Source: Felis catus (taxonomy: Eukaryota). Taken from it: a stretch of 64,000 nt of DNA. The stretch lies in the NCBI RefSeq assembly GCF_018350175.1, contig NC_058368.1, forward strand, positions 24,120,001 through 24,184,000. Reading direction: 5' to 3'. The position numbers and the translations under genes were made by a program. Below the pieces are notes generated by a model. That model was not told the origin of the DNA. It made no database searches and saw only the letters and a list, made by a program, of their open reading frames with translations. This document shows, one piece after another, positions 1 to 13,689 of this stretch; positions within the stretch are counted from its first letter, which is position 1; each line of letters begins with the position of its first letter.

Positions 1-197
1 AGTAAAAGGGTTGTTGAAGTAAATCCTAAGCATTCTCATCACAAGAAAAGTTTTGCTTTGTCTTTTTCTTTCAACTATATTAGATGATGGGTGCTAAATA
101 AACTGTGGTAATCATTTCACAATATATGTAAGTCAAACCATTATGTCTTCAACTTAAACAGTGGTATGTGTCAATTTTATCTCAATAAAACTGGAGG
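1..197 (+). mobile_element. Ancient LINE-1 (L1MA/L1MB-type) 3' end fragment
   Basis: Typical L1M 3' terminus '...caatatatgtaagtcaaaccattatg...gtcaattttatctcaataaaactgg'. Confidence 0.75.
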
Positions 198-3100
198 AGG
201 GAAGTAAGCAAGAGCTTTCATTTCTTTTGCTTCTCTTCATATCAAGCCTCACTAGGACAGGAAAATGGGAAACATGCAAGTATACAGAAGGATAGCTCAA
301 ACACACTGGCAGCACGCTTAGGAATGCTAGGCGAAGACTGCAAGCTTTATTCATGGATATTACCAAATGGCACAGATTAATGCAGCAGCCAACATAATGG
401 GAGGTAATTAAGTAGAAGCTTTGGTGTGAGGTGATAAATATTCCTGGTTGTCGATGAGCTATATGTGCTATACATGGAATGGAGAAGCTCCCACATGCCT
501 CAGTTACTAGGTGTAAATATGCTCAAGGAGTCAATGGGTAACCAGGAGTCTGAGAAAAGAACAAAGAGGCCACAGTGTGTGAGGCCATCAAGACAGAGAC
601 AATGGACAGAACACCATCTATAGAGGTAGGTTCTAGCTCATTGCCCAAAAGATGGATCAGAGAAGATGCAGCATGAAGATGATCAATTCAGAACAGACTG
701 GCACTCATCTCAAGATGCAAAAGTGAGTTTCAGGCCAAGGGCCCCAAGGGCTTTATTATTTGTCTACTTATGATCATGAGGCTTCCTTTTCCCCTTCCTC
801 CAATCTCTTCCTTCCCTCCCTCTCCTCCTCTCTCCTTCAGCTAAAACATTATTCTTTAATTGCTTTTTAAAGTTTAATTTAGCTAATAATGAATACTTTT
901 TCACCCAGGGCTTTAATTCCTAAGCTACAACTTTATATTGTCACAGACTCTGCATATTACAGGTTAGGAGTAGGGTGTATTCATTAAGTTGGCCTACCAT
1001 AGAAACTCACACCTGCATCCAAAATGGACTAATGTCCGAGGAACATGGCAGCATAGCAGAACCTAAGGCTCACCTCCTCCCACAGATACACCTCAGTGTA
1101 AATAACCCACATCAGTGTAAAGAACTGAGAAAATGGCTTCAAGACCAGCAGAACAGACTCCACAGATAAATGGGAAGAAGCAATATCGAAGACGTTAGAA
1201 AGGACAGAGATGTGGACATGAGCCAAACTGACATGTGGGACTGTCTGCAAGAGAAAGGGATATCTCCAGAGCAGAGCAGAGCACATGTCCACACCAGGTA
1301 CATCAGGCACAGGGACCCACACTAGGAAGATGAATCTCCTTAACATTTGACTTTGAATACCAGACGGACTTAATTGGAATTCTTACAATCAACGGGGCTT
1401 AATATCTACAACTTTCAAAATCAGCAGGTTCTGCACTGGGAGATCTGGGAAGATGACAGAAAACTGTGTACCTACTCTTAAAGAGACAGCATAACAAACA
1501 GTCCCACTGAAATACAACACTACAACATAAAAATACCAGTTTGAAAAATGCCTGGCGTATACGGGAGGCAGACATTTTTACTATTATCAGGGCCTATGCT
1601 GGAGGGGCAGTGAGCTTTGGAGACTTCTCCAAGAACAAAAGAGCTAGAGGACACCATTTCCCTCCCTTCCCTGTCCCCCGCCCCAAGCCTAGATACATTA
1701 ACAACCTGGGGGACAAGTGCAGCACCAACACTGCCCACCTAGCTTGCTAACAGCATATGCAGCCCTCACATTCTCCTGAAGACCCATATCCTCCAACGCA
1801 CTGCCTACAGGAATCCATCCAAAGCAGATCCACAAGTCTGGCAGGGTGCAAGCCCCCACTACAAATGTCAGTACCACCTCAATGCAACTCCCGCCCTAAA
1901 AGGAAGAAAATCACACATGACTCTGACTGCAGTCCCAGATATCTGGTCTGACTTCTGGCCCCAAACTACAAAAGCTACTCAGGATATAATATAGGGAGAG
2001 CACCCTGAAGATTGGTGTTACTACAGCACTGGCAAAAGCCTAGCCTCACCAAACCCAAGCCAAAGGCAGCCACCAACTGGCCCACTAACAGCACATGGAC
2101 CAAACTCTGCCCACAACAGATTACTGGACTGAAGGCACAGCCACAACAGTGGGGTGCCTGCAACCCACATGGGAGACACCCCTGCACTAGTCCTGATGAA
2201 TAGGAGATGTTGCACTGCAGAGCATCACAGGACTTCTTCATAAGGCAACTACTTTCAAGATTAGGAGATGTACCTGACTTTCCTCATGCATAGAAACACA
2301 CAAACAGCATTTGTTAAAAAAAAAAAAAATGGACAGAAGTGTATGTCCCAAAAGAAAGAACAGAACAAAATACCAGCAAGAGAGATAAATGAAACACAGA
2401 AAAGTAGTATGCCTGATAGTGAATTTAAAGTCATGGTCATAAAGACACTGGACTTGAGTAAATAGTGGAGGACCTCAGGGAGACCCTCAGAGAGAAAACA
2501 AAGAACGAATTTGACAAAGAACTCAATGACTGAAGTTAAAAATACAGGAGAGTGAAGAAATTGTAGACTAGAGAAAACAGAACAGATCAGCAACCTGTAA
2601 AAGAGAATAATGGAAAGCAATCAAGTTGAACAGGAGAAAGTAACATTAATTAAAAATGCAAATAGATCAATGGAACTCAGCAAGACCATCAAGTGTAGTA
2701 ACATTCTCATTGTAGACATCCCAGAAAAGAGAAAAGGAGGCAAAAAATTTGGACACATGGTAGCTGATAACTTCCCTATTCTGGGTAAGGAAACAAATCC
2801 AGATCCAGGATGCACAGAGCACTCCAACAAATCCACCCAAAGAGGTCCACACCAAGACACAGAGTAATTAAAATGGCAAAAAGCAGTGATAAAGAGTTTT
2901 AAATGCACCAAGAAAAAACAGTAACATACAAGGAAACACCAGAATGCTATCAGTGGATTTTTTAGCAGAAACTTTGCAGGCCATAAGCGAGTGGAATGAT
3001 ATACTCAAAGTGTTGAAACAAAGAAACAAACAAACCCTGCATCCAAGAATACTTTATCCAGCAAAGGTATCATTTAGGACAGAAGGAGAGCTAGTTTCCC

Positions 3101-4601
3101 AAACGAACAAAAATTAAAGGGGATTCTACACAGAAAGGAACGACCATAAGAGGAGGTAAGGAAAGTAAGAAGCACAAAAGCAGTAAAATTAAGTATACCT
3201 ATAAAAATCAGTCAAGGGATTCACAAAATAAAAGGGTGCAGAGTATGACACCATACACCTAAAATGTGGCAGGGGGGACAGGATTAAAAATTTGTTGCTT
3301 TCAGAATGGATTCAAACTTAAGCAATTATCAATTTAATATAGCCTATGTGAATAAAGTGCTATATATAATGCTAATAGTAACCACAAATCAAAAACTAGT
3401 GACATGCAAAAAAAAAATGGAAAGAAATCTAAGTATATCCCTAAAGAAAAGCAACTAACTTGAGAGCAAAAGAAAAGAACAGAGAAGAACAACAAAAACT
3501 AAGACAAGTAAAAAGAAAACAGGCAGTAAGTACATACTTATCAACACTTATTTTGAATGTACATGGACTAAATACTCCAATCAAAAGACAGGGTGAAAGA
3601 ATGAATAAAAAAAACCACTCTATCTGCTACTTACAAGAGGTTCATCTCAGACATAAGGACACTGCAGATTGAAGGTGAGGATATAGAGAAACATTTATCA
3701 TGCAAATGGATGTGAAAAGAAAGCTGGGGTAGCAATACCTACATCAGACAAAATGGACTTTAAAACAAAGACTGTAACAAGAGACAAAAAGGCCACCACA
3801 TCAGCATAAAAGGAATAATTCAACAAGAGTTACAGTGGAAAATAATTATGTGCCCAACACAGAAGTAACCAGTCCACAGAGTAGCTAATAACAAAGATAA
3901 AGGAAGTGGCCCATAGAAATACAAGACTTAAACACTTCTACTTCCATCTATGGACAGATCATCCACTTTGGTTGACAGAAAATCCACAAGGCAACAGTGA
4001 CTTTGAAATATCAGACCAGATGGATCTAATAGATACATTCAGGAACAGCCCACTGTGAAACAAGAGAATACACATTCCTCCTAATTACACATGGAACATT
4101 CTCTAAATCACACACTAGGCTACAAGGCTCAACAAATTCAAAAGATGAAGTCAAACTATCCATCTTCTGACCACAGCACAATGACACTAGAAAAAAACAC
4201 AAGAAACAATCTGGAAAGAGCACAAATTCATGGAGGTTAATTAACATACTACTAAACAATGAATGAGCCAACCAAGAAATCAAAGAGGAAATTAAAGAAA
4301 TACATGAAGACAAAAATAAAGACACAATGGCTCAAATTCCTTGATATGCAGCAAAAGCTGTTTTAAGAGGGGAGTTTATAACAATACCAGCCTACCTCAA
4401 AAGGCAAGAAAAATCTCCAATGAACATCTAACTTTACACCTAAAGGAGCTAGAGTACCAAGAGCAAAACTCAAAACCAGTGAAAGGAAGAAAGAATATAG
4501 AGCAAAAATAAAGGAAATAGAAACTTAAAAAATGCAATGATAGATAAAACCAGGAGCTGATTCTTTCAATGGATCATCAAAAAACCTTTAGCCAGTCTCA
4601 C

Positions 4602-4602
<1 letters not shown>

Positions 4603-4647
<45 letters not shown>
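4603..4647 (+). repeat. Pure poly(A)45 tract inside L1 ORF2
   Basis: Direct count of an uninterrupted A run. Confidence 0.95.
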
Positions 4648-4650
<3 letters not shown>

Positions 4651-5518
4651 AGAGAAAGACCATGAACTCCAACAAAATCACAAATGAAAGGGGAAAAAAA
4701 TGACACTACAGAAATACAAAGGATTCTAGGAGACTATGAAAAATTAAATGCCAACACATTGGAAAAAGAAGAAATGGATAAAGTTCTAGAAATAACTTCC
4801 CAAAACTGAAGCAGGAAAAAAAAAGAAAATTTGAACAGACCAGTTACCAGCAATTAAGTTGAAGGAATAATCAAACTCCCAGCAAACCAAAGCCTAGGAC
4901 TAGATGCCTTCACAGGTGAATTCTACCAAATACTTAAAGAAGAGTTAATACCTAGTATTCTCAAACTATTCCAAAATATAGAAGATGAAGGAAAGCTAAA
5001 TTCATTCTGCAGGGCCAGCATTCCCAATACCAAAACCACATAAAGACACCATAAAAAAACAACTATAGGCCATTATCTCTCATGTACATAGATGCAGAAA
5101 TCCTCAAAATATTAGCAAACCAAAGCCAACAATACATTAAAAATATCATTCACCACAATCATCTGGGATTTATTCTTGGGATCTAAGAGTGGTTCAAGTG
5201 AATCAATGTGATACAATCCATCAACCAAACCAAGGATAAAAACCACATCATTTCAACAGATGCAGAAAAGGATTTGACAAAGTACAACATTCATTCATAA
5301 CAGAACCCTCAACAAAGTGTTGAGAGCTTTTCATCGAGGATCAGGAACAAGATAAAGATGTCCACTCTCTCTCTCACCTTACCACTTTTATTCAACATAC
5401 TACTGGAAATCTTAGTCACAGCAATCAGACAACAAGAAATAAAAGACATCCAAATTGCTTAAGGAGGAAGTAAAACTTTTATTTGCGGATGACATGGTAC
5501 TATTTATAGAAAACCCTA

Positions 5519-5716
5519 GGGGCACCTGGGTGGCTCAGTCAGTTAAGCGTCTGACTTCAGGTCATGATCTCATGATTTCTGAGTTCAAGTCCCACATTGG
5601 GCTCTGTGTTGATGGCTCAGAGCCTGGAGACTGCTTCAGATTCTGTGTCTCCCTCTCTCTCTCTGCCCCTCCCCTACTCACTCTCTCTCAAAAATAAACA
5701 TTAAAAAAAAATTTTT
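5519..5716 (+). mobile_element. Can-SINE (SINEC) inserted in L1 ORF2
   Basis: Head 'ggggcacctgggtggctcagtc', CT-rich linker, aaataaa plus A tail; short TSD 'aaaccct'. Confidence 0.93.
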
Positions 5717-6128
5717 AAACCCTCAAGACCCCACCAAAAGACTACCAGAACTGAAAAATGAATTCAGCAAGGTTGCAGGAAACAAAATAAATATCCAGAA
5801 GTCCCTTGCATTTCCATACAATAATGAAGCAGCAGAAAAAGAAATTAAAAGAACATTCCCATTTATAATTGTCCCTAAAGAATAATATACCTAGGAATAG
5901 AGTTAACCAAGAAGGTGAAAAACCTGTACTCTGAAAAATATAATACACTGATGAAAGAAAGTTAAGATGACATAAACAAAGGGAAAGATATTTCATGCTT
6001 ATGAATTGGAAGAATATTTTTTGAATGTCTATCATACCCAAAGCAATCTACATATTTAATGAAATCTCTATCAAAATGCTAACAGTATTTTCCACAGAAA
6101 AACAAATAGTCCTAAAATTTGCATGGAA

Positions 6129-6129
<1 letters not shown>

Positions 6130-6170
<41 letters not shown>
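6130..6170 (+). repeat. (CA)~20 microsatellite inside L1 ORF2
   Basis: Direct read. Confidence 0.95.
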
Positions 6171-6172
<2 letters not shown>

Positions 6173-7236
6173 CCAAAGAGCCAAAGCAATCATGAAAAAG
6201 AACAAAACTGGAGGTATTACAATCCCAGATTTCAAGATATACTACAAGCTGTAGTAATCAAAACATTACGGTATTGGCACAAAAAATAGTCACACAGATC
6301 AACGGAACAGAATAGAGAGCTCAGAAATAAACCCATGATTTTATGGTCAATTAATCTTTGACAAAGGAGGCAAGAATATGTAATGGGAAAAAGGTAGTCT
6401 CTTCAACAAACAGTGCTGGGAGAACTGAAAACCTACATGTAAAAAAATGAAACTAGACCACTTTCTTACACCATATGCAAAAATAAACTTAAAATGAATT
6501 AAAGACCTAAATGGGAGATCTGAAACCCTAAAAGTCCTAGAAGAGAACACAGGAAGTAATTTCTCTATGATCTGCCAGAGCAACATTTTTTAGGTATATC
6601 TCCCGAGGCAAGAGAAACAAAAGCAAAAAATCATTTCAACTACATCAAAATAAAAAGCTTATGCACAGGAAAAGGAACGAAATAAAAAAACAACCTACTG
6701 AAGAGAAGATATTTGCAAATGATGCATCTGATAAAGGGTTGGTATCCAAAATGTATCAAGAACTTATACAACTCAACACTGAAAGACAAATAATGCAATT
6801 AAAAATTGGCAGAAGACATTAATAGACATTTCTACAAAGAAGACATCCAGACGGCCAACACAAACAAAAGGAGGCTCAACATCACTCATCAGGGAAATGC
6901 AGATCAAAAACACGAGGTATCACCTTACACCCTTCAGAATGGCTAAAATCAAAAACACAAGAAACAAATGTTGATGAGAATGTAGAGAAACAAAACCTTG
7001 TACACTATTGATTGAAATACTGATGGAGCCACTGTAGAAAACAGTATGGAGGTTCCTCAAAATATTAAAATAATTACTATACGATCCAGTTATTCCAGTA
7101 CTATTACTAAAAGAAAACGAAAATACTAATTCGAAGGGATATATGCACCCCATGTTTATTGCAGCATTATTTACAATAGCCAATATCTATAAGCAACCTA
7201 AAGGTCTATCAATAGGTGAACGGATAAACAGTAAGT

Positions 7237-7425
7237 GGGGGCGCCTGAGTGGCTGAGTTAAGCATCCAACTTCGGCTCAGGTCATGATATCGTGGTTGGT
7301 GGGTTCAAGCCCGGTGTCAGGCTCTGTGCTGACAGTTCAGAGACGGAGCCTGTTTAGGATTCTGCCCCTCCCCTGTTCATGCTATGTCTCTCCCCGCAAA
7401 ATAAACAAACATTAAAAATTAAAAA
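7237..7425 (+). mobile_element. Can-SINE inserted in the 3' part of L1 ORF2
   Basis: SINEC head and A-rich tail interrupting L1 sequence. Confidence 0.9.
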
Positions 7426-7867
7426 CAAAAATAACTGGTATACACATATGATGGATTATTATTCATCCATAAAAAAGAATGGAATCTTGCCATTTGCAAG
7501 AGCATGGATGGAGCTAGAGGATATAATACTAAGCGAAATAAGTCAGAGAAAGGCACATACCATATGATTTTACTCCTGCATGGAACTTAAGCAACAAGTG
7601 AACAATGATAAAAAGAGACAAAACAGGCTCAAACTACAGAGAACAAACAGATGGTTACTAGAGGAGAGGTAGGTGAAATAAATGAAGCGGATCAATAGTA
7701 TACTTATAATGAGCACTGAAGAATGTAGAGAATTATGGCATCATTATGTGTACACCTGAAATGAATGTAATACTATGTTAATCATACTGAAATTAAAATT
7801 TTAGAAATATTATTTTTGATGAAAAAAATAGAACAGATTATTTGGCTTAAAAAAACCCAAGGGGGGC

Positions 7868-8077
7868 GGGGGGACCTGGGTGGCTCAGTCTGTTAAGTAT
7901 CCTACTTCAGTTCAGGTCATGATCTCATGTTTTGTGAGTTCAAGCCCTGTGTCAGGCTCTGTGCTGACACATCAGGGCCTGGAGACTGCTTCACATTGTG
8001 TCTCCCTGTCTCTCTGCTCTTCCCCTGGTGACCTGCTGTCTCTCTCTCAAAAATAGATGAATATTAAAAAAATTTTT
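7868..8077 (+). mobile_element. Can-SINE (older)
   Basis: SINEC head and body; TSD-like 'taaaaaa(a)cc(c)aa' at about 7848-7860 and 8311-8321. Confidence 0.9.
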
Positions 8078-8078
8078 A

Positions 8079-8295
8079 GGGGCGCCTGGGTGGCGCAGTC
8101 GGTTAAGCGTCCGACTTCAGCCAGGTCACGATCTCGCGGTCCGGGAGTTCGAGCCCCGCGTCAGGCTCTGGGCTGATGGCGCAAAGCCTGGAGGCTGTTT
8201 CCGATTCTGTGTCTCCCTCTCTCTCTGCCCCTCCCCCGTTCATGCTCTGTCTCTCTCTGTCCCAAAAATAAATAAACGTTGAAAAAAAAATTAAA
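8079..8295 (+). mobile_element. Young felid SINEC_Fc nested in the tail of the preceding SINE
   Basis: CpG-rich, near consensus; TSD 'aaaaaaattttta' at 8066-8078 and 8296-8308. Confidence 0.95.
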
Positions 8296-8341
8296 AAAAA
8301 AATTTTTAACTAAAAAACCAACAAACAAAAAAAAAACCACA

Positions 8342-8572
8342 GGGGCGCCTGGGTGGCTTAGTCGGTTAAGTGTCCCACTCTTGATTCCAGCTCATGTCAT
8401 GATCTCACAGTTCATGAGTTCAAGCCCTGCATCGGGCTCTGTATTGACAGCACAGAGCCTGCTTAGGATTCTCTCTCTCTCTGATTCTCCCCCCCTTCAT
8501 GTTCTGTCTTCATCTCTCTCCATCTCTTATGTAAAAATAAACTTAAACACACACACACACACACACACACAC
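8342..8572 (+). mobile_element. Can-SINE ending in a (CA)n microsatellite
   Basis: SINEC head, CT linker, and tail followed by (ac)~13. Confidence 0.9.
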
Positions 8573-10289
8573 CCCACAGACTAATGTTTCCCTTAATAGA
8601 ATTGGTAAAATTAGAATTGGATGAACCATGGAAATAGGCTCAATTCAAACATTCTTTGTGTTTGATTTTGGAAATTAATAGGCTTCAACAGTTGGCATTC
8701 CTGCCAATGCTGTGAATTGCATCAGCCATCAAGAATGAAGGAAGGAAGAGGATGATGGAATTATCGAACTGTGGAAGAGAGTTTCCAGAGAAAGGTTTAA
8801 TACAGCAATGTTAATGAAATTTATAAAATGCAGCTTACATTTTAAAAGTTTATCCTTATCTTTTCTTCCTTTGCAATACACTTTCTCTTCCCTATCACCT
8901 GTATTTTTCCTTACTCTCCAATTCTTTTGCCTGAGGTATAATTAACCTAATGAGGTATAATTAACAAAATAAATTGCCTAGATCTCAGTTATCCCATTTT
9001 GTTAAATTTCTATTATCGTATATACCTATTAGCCACCTGAAAAAATGGCCACCTTTACAACACCCTAAGAAGTCTTTTGTGCTCTTTTCCAGTTAATTCC
9101 TGTCCCCCAACCCTAACTAAATTTCTAACTCTTCCCAATTGAATAGAATAGTTATTACTCGAGGTTATGTATCTAAGTTTTTCAGAAAAATTCCTGGCAC
9201 ACATTAAGTATTCAATAAATGCTATTACAATGTTAATGAGGATGTATCAGGAGCCTTATCAGGGTTATCATCATATCTTATCACTGCCAGGCAAAGAACC
9301 AGGTTGGAAAATGGCTCAAACTATAAAAAGGGACATGAATTCAACTATCAAAGGAGACCAGGTGAAAAGGCTTAATTCACTCATGATTATCAACATATTC
9401 CCTAAGAAGTTAGTGGAACTAATTTCTCACTAACTCCAATAGTCATGTATCTGAAGACTTATTTTGATTATCTTCACCCATATGTAGGAAGGAACTAACA
9501 AGAAAAGCAGGTAAGAAATTCAAGGGCTGTTCTAACTGCACCAGCCCCTCTCATCATTTCTATGAGTTTACCAAAAGAGCAGAACCCAAAACATTTTGCA
9601 TCAATAAATGGAGTTTAGATGCTGGAATTCAGGAGAGCATGGCTAAATTCTGTAACTTGGAGCAATGACAACAGTGGCAAAGCCGTTAGAATCATATCCA
9701 CTACCTTTTACTTAGTAGTCAGTTTTATCTACTGAGGAGGAACAAAAGCTACAATGTAAAATGTGTGAATACTGCTCTTACTACATCCTACAAAACAGCT
9801 ATTGCTGGAAATCAGGTGATAGAAAACACAGAACATATTCTTAAACGATGTGTTCCCTTTAGAACCTGAAAGGTATGTTAGAATTCAAAGGTATCTAAGG
9901 AGGAATAATATTGCTCAATATTAGTGTTCCAATTTCTTCTCATTTCCAGGGTTTTTATAGTAATTTAATAGGCAGTTTGCTGATTGTGGCTTTTTGCAAC
10001 AATTAAGAACCATTCTTACTTGCTATTTAAAAAACAAACAAAGGAGAGCCACTATTGAAGAGTTGGACCTCATTCCAAAGAATGAGAAGAGTCCCATGAT
10101 TGTGGCAAGACCCCAACCCTCACAGCTACATACCACTACCATTTGGCATGGGATCCCCAGGACTCATTTTGTTCATTCCTTAATCTCTGTTTCATCAATC
10201 ACCCAAAGAATCTCACAATGCCCTGGTTTTCCCCTAATCTTCCAGATGTTTTTCCACAGGAGGAGTATTGGGAAATAAGGAACACCAAC

Positions 10290-10494
10290 CCTATACCCCA
10301 GCACTCCCTACACCCCTTTTCTTCTCTCCATACCACTTAGTATCTGATATACTATAAGATTATTTGTTTATCTCCCCCTTCCCAGTAGGAGGTAAGCTTT
10401 ATAAGAGTACATAGTTTTGTTTGGTCCAGATGTATTCCTACTGTTTAAATAGAGTTCCATTGTAGGCATTAAACATTTGCTGGATAAATTAATT
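10290..10494 (+). mobile_element. L2 LINE 3' end fragment
   Basis: Degenerate L2 terminus '...gtaagctttataagag...gtaggcattaaacatttgctggataaatt'. Confidence 0.6.
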
Positions 10495-11025
10495 CACCCC
10501 CTTTGCAATGGCATATAGGACTCCAGAATTACTCTACTCCCTACTGCTTTTCTCCAGTGGACAGAGTGGTGAGGCAGAGAGGAACAGAGCAGATGCCATG
10601 GTTTGTACTAGAAGGTCATCCCAGTTCATTTTTTCCCCCAAATTACTGTCTTTTCATCTTTAACCACTGAAGGTCTCTGGGTATGTATGGAACTAATTAA
10701 AAGGAATGATTCTAAGCACCAAATTTGACTTAGGCAAGTGCATACAGATGGCCATAGGCTAGGCTTTTCCACATTAAAACCCTAAGCCTAAATCCTTCGG
10801 TGAAAGCAAGGCAATAGTGAAATGTTTTAATGTAAGCAACATGTACCCCGCTACTGCAGGAAATGCTCATGAACATGAGAATGTTCTTGCTGAGATCTAC
10901 ATAATACTAGAATCACAGAAATTAAGAATTTACGTTTATCAAAATGTACTATAAAGAGTAAAATGGTGAGACACAGATTGAGAAAAGATCTGTCCAATCA
11001 TGAATGTAAGGAAGAATGCAAATCT

Positions 11026-11217
11026 GGGGCACCTGAGTGGCTCAGTCAGTTAAGCATCTGACTGTTGATTTTGGCTCAGGTCATGATCTCAGTTTGTGAG
11101 TTGAAGCCCCACCTTACGCTTTGTGTTGACAGCATGGAGACTGCTTAGGATTCTCTCTCCCTTTCTCTCCTTCTCTGCCTCCCTCTCTCAAAAAAGAACA
11201 AACATTAAAAAAAAAAT
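11026..11217 (+). mobile_element. Can-SINE
   Basis: SINEC head and tail; TSD 'aatg(c/g)aaatct'. Confidence 0.92.
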
Positions 11218-12736
11218 AATGGAAATCTATACCTACACAGACAAACACACAAAGCATTAATGACAAGAAAACTTGACAGAAAAAAAATTGATATGAGGCT
11301 TAAATAGGCAGCCCCCCCCCCAAAAAAACAAATCATATTTAAATGGCCAACAAACACGAGCATAGTACTCCACATCATTAATCTTGAGAATGGCAATTAT
11401 AGTCACAATGATATACCATTAAGTCAGCAACATGACTAAACTAAACTGACAATGGGAAGTGATGTTGAATTATTAGAACTCCTATTACTGGTGAAAGTGC
11501 CAACTGTGCAATGCATTAGGCTTGGTAGTATGCATTAAAGAAAAATACATGCCTACCTCATGACTAGGAATTCCACTCCTGAATATACCAATGGAAATAA
11601 ATCTGCATGTCCACCTCAAGTTATGCACTGAAACATTCAGAACAGCTGTGCTCATAATAGCCCAAAAAGTGAATACAAAGCCCTAATCCTCACCAGCAAT
11701 AAAATCCAAGGACTGATCCATTTACTGAAAGGAATACTCTACAAAAAGAAAAAAGGTTTTTAACTAGTGCTACACACAATAGCACCAATAAACAACAACA
11801 AAAAAAAACCACACACACAGGAAGAGAGGGGAAGATGGCGGCATAGGAGGATGCTAGGCTCACCTCCTCCTGATGATCCCTTAGATTCCACCCACATCTG
11901 CCTAAATAACCCAGCAAACCGCCAGAAGACTAGCAGAACAGACTCTCCTGAGCCAAGCATAGACAAGAGGCCCACTGAAGAGGTTAGGAAGGACCAAGTG
12001 CTACACGGATTGGTGGGAGGGAGCTCGGGCAGTGGAGGGGCAGCCCACCTGGCAAAGCAGAGCCCCTTGCAAAAGCAGAGGGGCTGGACTCTGTGAGTTC
12101 TGGCAGCCAGAGGGACTTAATATCTGGAATGTTAAATGTCAACATCTCTGCTCTCAGAGAGCTGGAAGGGTGAGAGGGCACCAGGAGGGAGAGTTGTTGA
12201 GCCCCAGAAGACAGAGCTCAGCTCTGTGGGGGAACAAAGGCACGGGCAAGTGCCATCTCTCTCTCACATCCCCCAGCCGAAATCCCAAAGGGAACAAGTT
12301 CCCATCACCAAACTTGCTTGCACTATGCAAACACCCAACGCTGTGCTTCTGTGGATCCATCCCTCCAACCAGTCTGCCTCCCTCCCAGTGCTGAAGGGCT
12401 CCTCCCACAGGGGACCACCACCAGCAAAGCGAGCTAAGCCTGCCCCTCCCACCCCTGTGCACCTTGCAGATCCACACCGGCTAATATGCCAGATCCCATA
12501 GAAGTAGCACCACAAGCCTGGCAGTGTGCAAGCAGCCCAGACAGGGGCCACACCACTCCACAGTGACTCCTGCCTCTGGGAGAGGGGAAGATAAGGTACA
12601 TACCAGTCTGACTGTGGCCCAGCAGTGGGCTGGGGGCAGACATCGGGTCTGACTGTGGCCCCACCCACCAGGACAAGTTCCTCCAGACAGCACAGGGGAA
12701 GTGCCCTGCAGTTTGGAGCCAATGCAGGACTACCCC

Positions 12737-13621
12737 AAAAGACAAAATGGAAGAGCTCTCCTCAAAAGAAACTCCAGGAAGTAGCAACAGCTAACGAATT
12801 CATCAAAAACAATTTAAGCAATATAATGGAACAAGAATTTAGAATAATAGTCATAAAATTAATCGCTGGGCTTGAAAAAACTATAGAGCACAGCAGAGAA
12901 TCTATTGCTACAGAGATCAAGGGACTAAGAAGTAGTCATAAGGAGCTAAAAATGCTCTAAATGAGGTGCAAAATAAAATGGAGGTGGCCATGGCACAGTT
13001 TGAAGAGGCAGAGGAGAGAATAGGTGAATTAGAAGATAAAATTATGGAAAAAGAGGAAGCTGAGACAAAGAGATAAAAAAAATCCAGGAGCATGAGGGGG
13101 AGAATTAGAGAACTAGTGATGCAATCAAATGGAACAATATCCGTATAATAGGAATTCCAGAAGGAGAGAGAGAGAAACGGGCTGAAGGTGTACTTGGACA
13201 AATCACAGCTGAGAAATACCCTGATCAGGGGAAGGAAAAAGGCATTAAAATCCAAGAGGCACAGAGAACTCCCTTCAGACGGAACTTGAATCAATATTCT
13301 GCACAACATATCTTAGTGAACCTGGCAAAATACAAGGATAAAGAGAAAATTCTGAAAGCAGCTAGGGATAAACACGCTCTAACATATAAAGGGAGACCGA
13401 TAAGACTAGTGACAGATATATCTACTGAAACTTGGCAAGGCCAGAAAGGAATGGCAGGAAATCTTCAATATGATGAAAAGAAAATATACACAGCCAAGAA
13501 TCCTTTATCCAGCAAGTCTGTCATTCAGAATCGGAGAGATAAATGTTTTCCCAAACAAAAACTGAAGGAATTCATCACCACTAAACCAACCCTACAAGAG
13601 ATCCTAAGGGGGATTCTGTGA
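12737..13621 (+). pseudogene. LINE-1 ORF1p (RNA-binding chaperone), disrupted
   Basis: Fragments 'EQEFRIIVIKLIAGLEK' and 'HILVNLAKYKDKEKILKAARDK..LTYKGRPIRL'; frameshifts and stops. Confidence 0.92.
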
Positions 13622-13689
13622 GTGAAAAGTTGCAAGGACCACAAAGTACCAGAGACATCACTACAAGCATGAAACCTACAGACATTGCA

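Larger units (their letters stand above)
1038..7805 (+). mobile_element. Near-full-length decayed carnivore LINE-1 (5'UTR, ORF1 about 2330-3130, ORF2 about 3520-7590, 3'UTR)
   Basis: ORF-track pieces match L1 ORF1 (MPDSEFKVMVIK; NILIVDIPE), endonuclease (LNVHGLNTPIKR..ICYLQE) and RT (LFADDMVLFIENP). Many stops, frameshifts and deletions. Likely TSD core 'gactaatgt' at 1027-1035 and 8579-8587. Confidence 0.92.

Noticed and set aside
8932..8965. Direct repeat 'tgaggtataattaac' x2 (similar short duplications at 58837-58885)
   Set aside because: Ordinary short tandem duplications with no inserted payload.
11760..12790. Cluster of overlapping 100-150 aa ORFs and higher GC, suggesting a gene or CpG island
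   Set aside because: This is the GC-rich L1 5'UTR. The same applies to 1500-2250 and 45200-46340.
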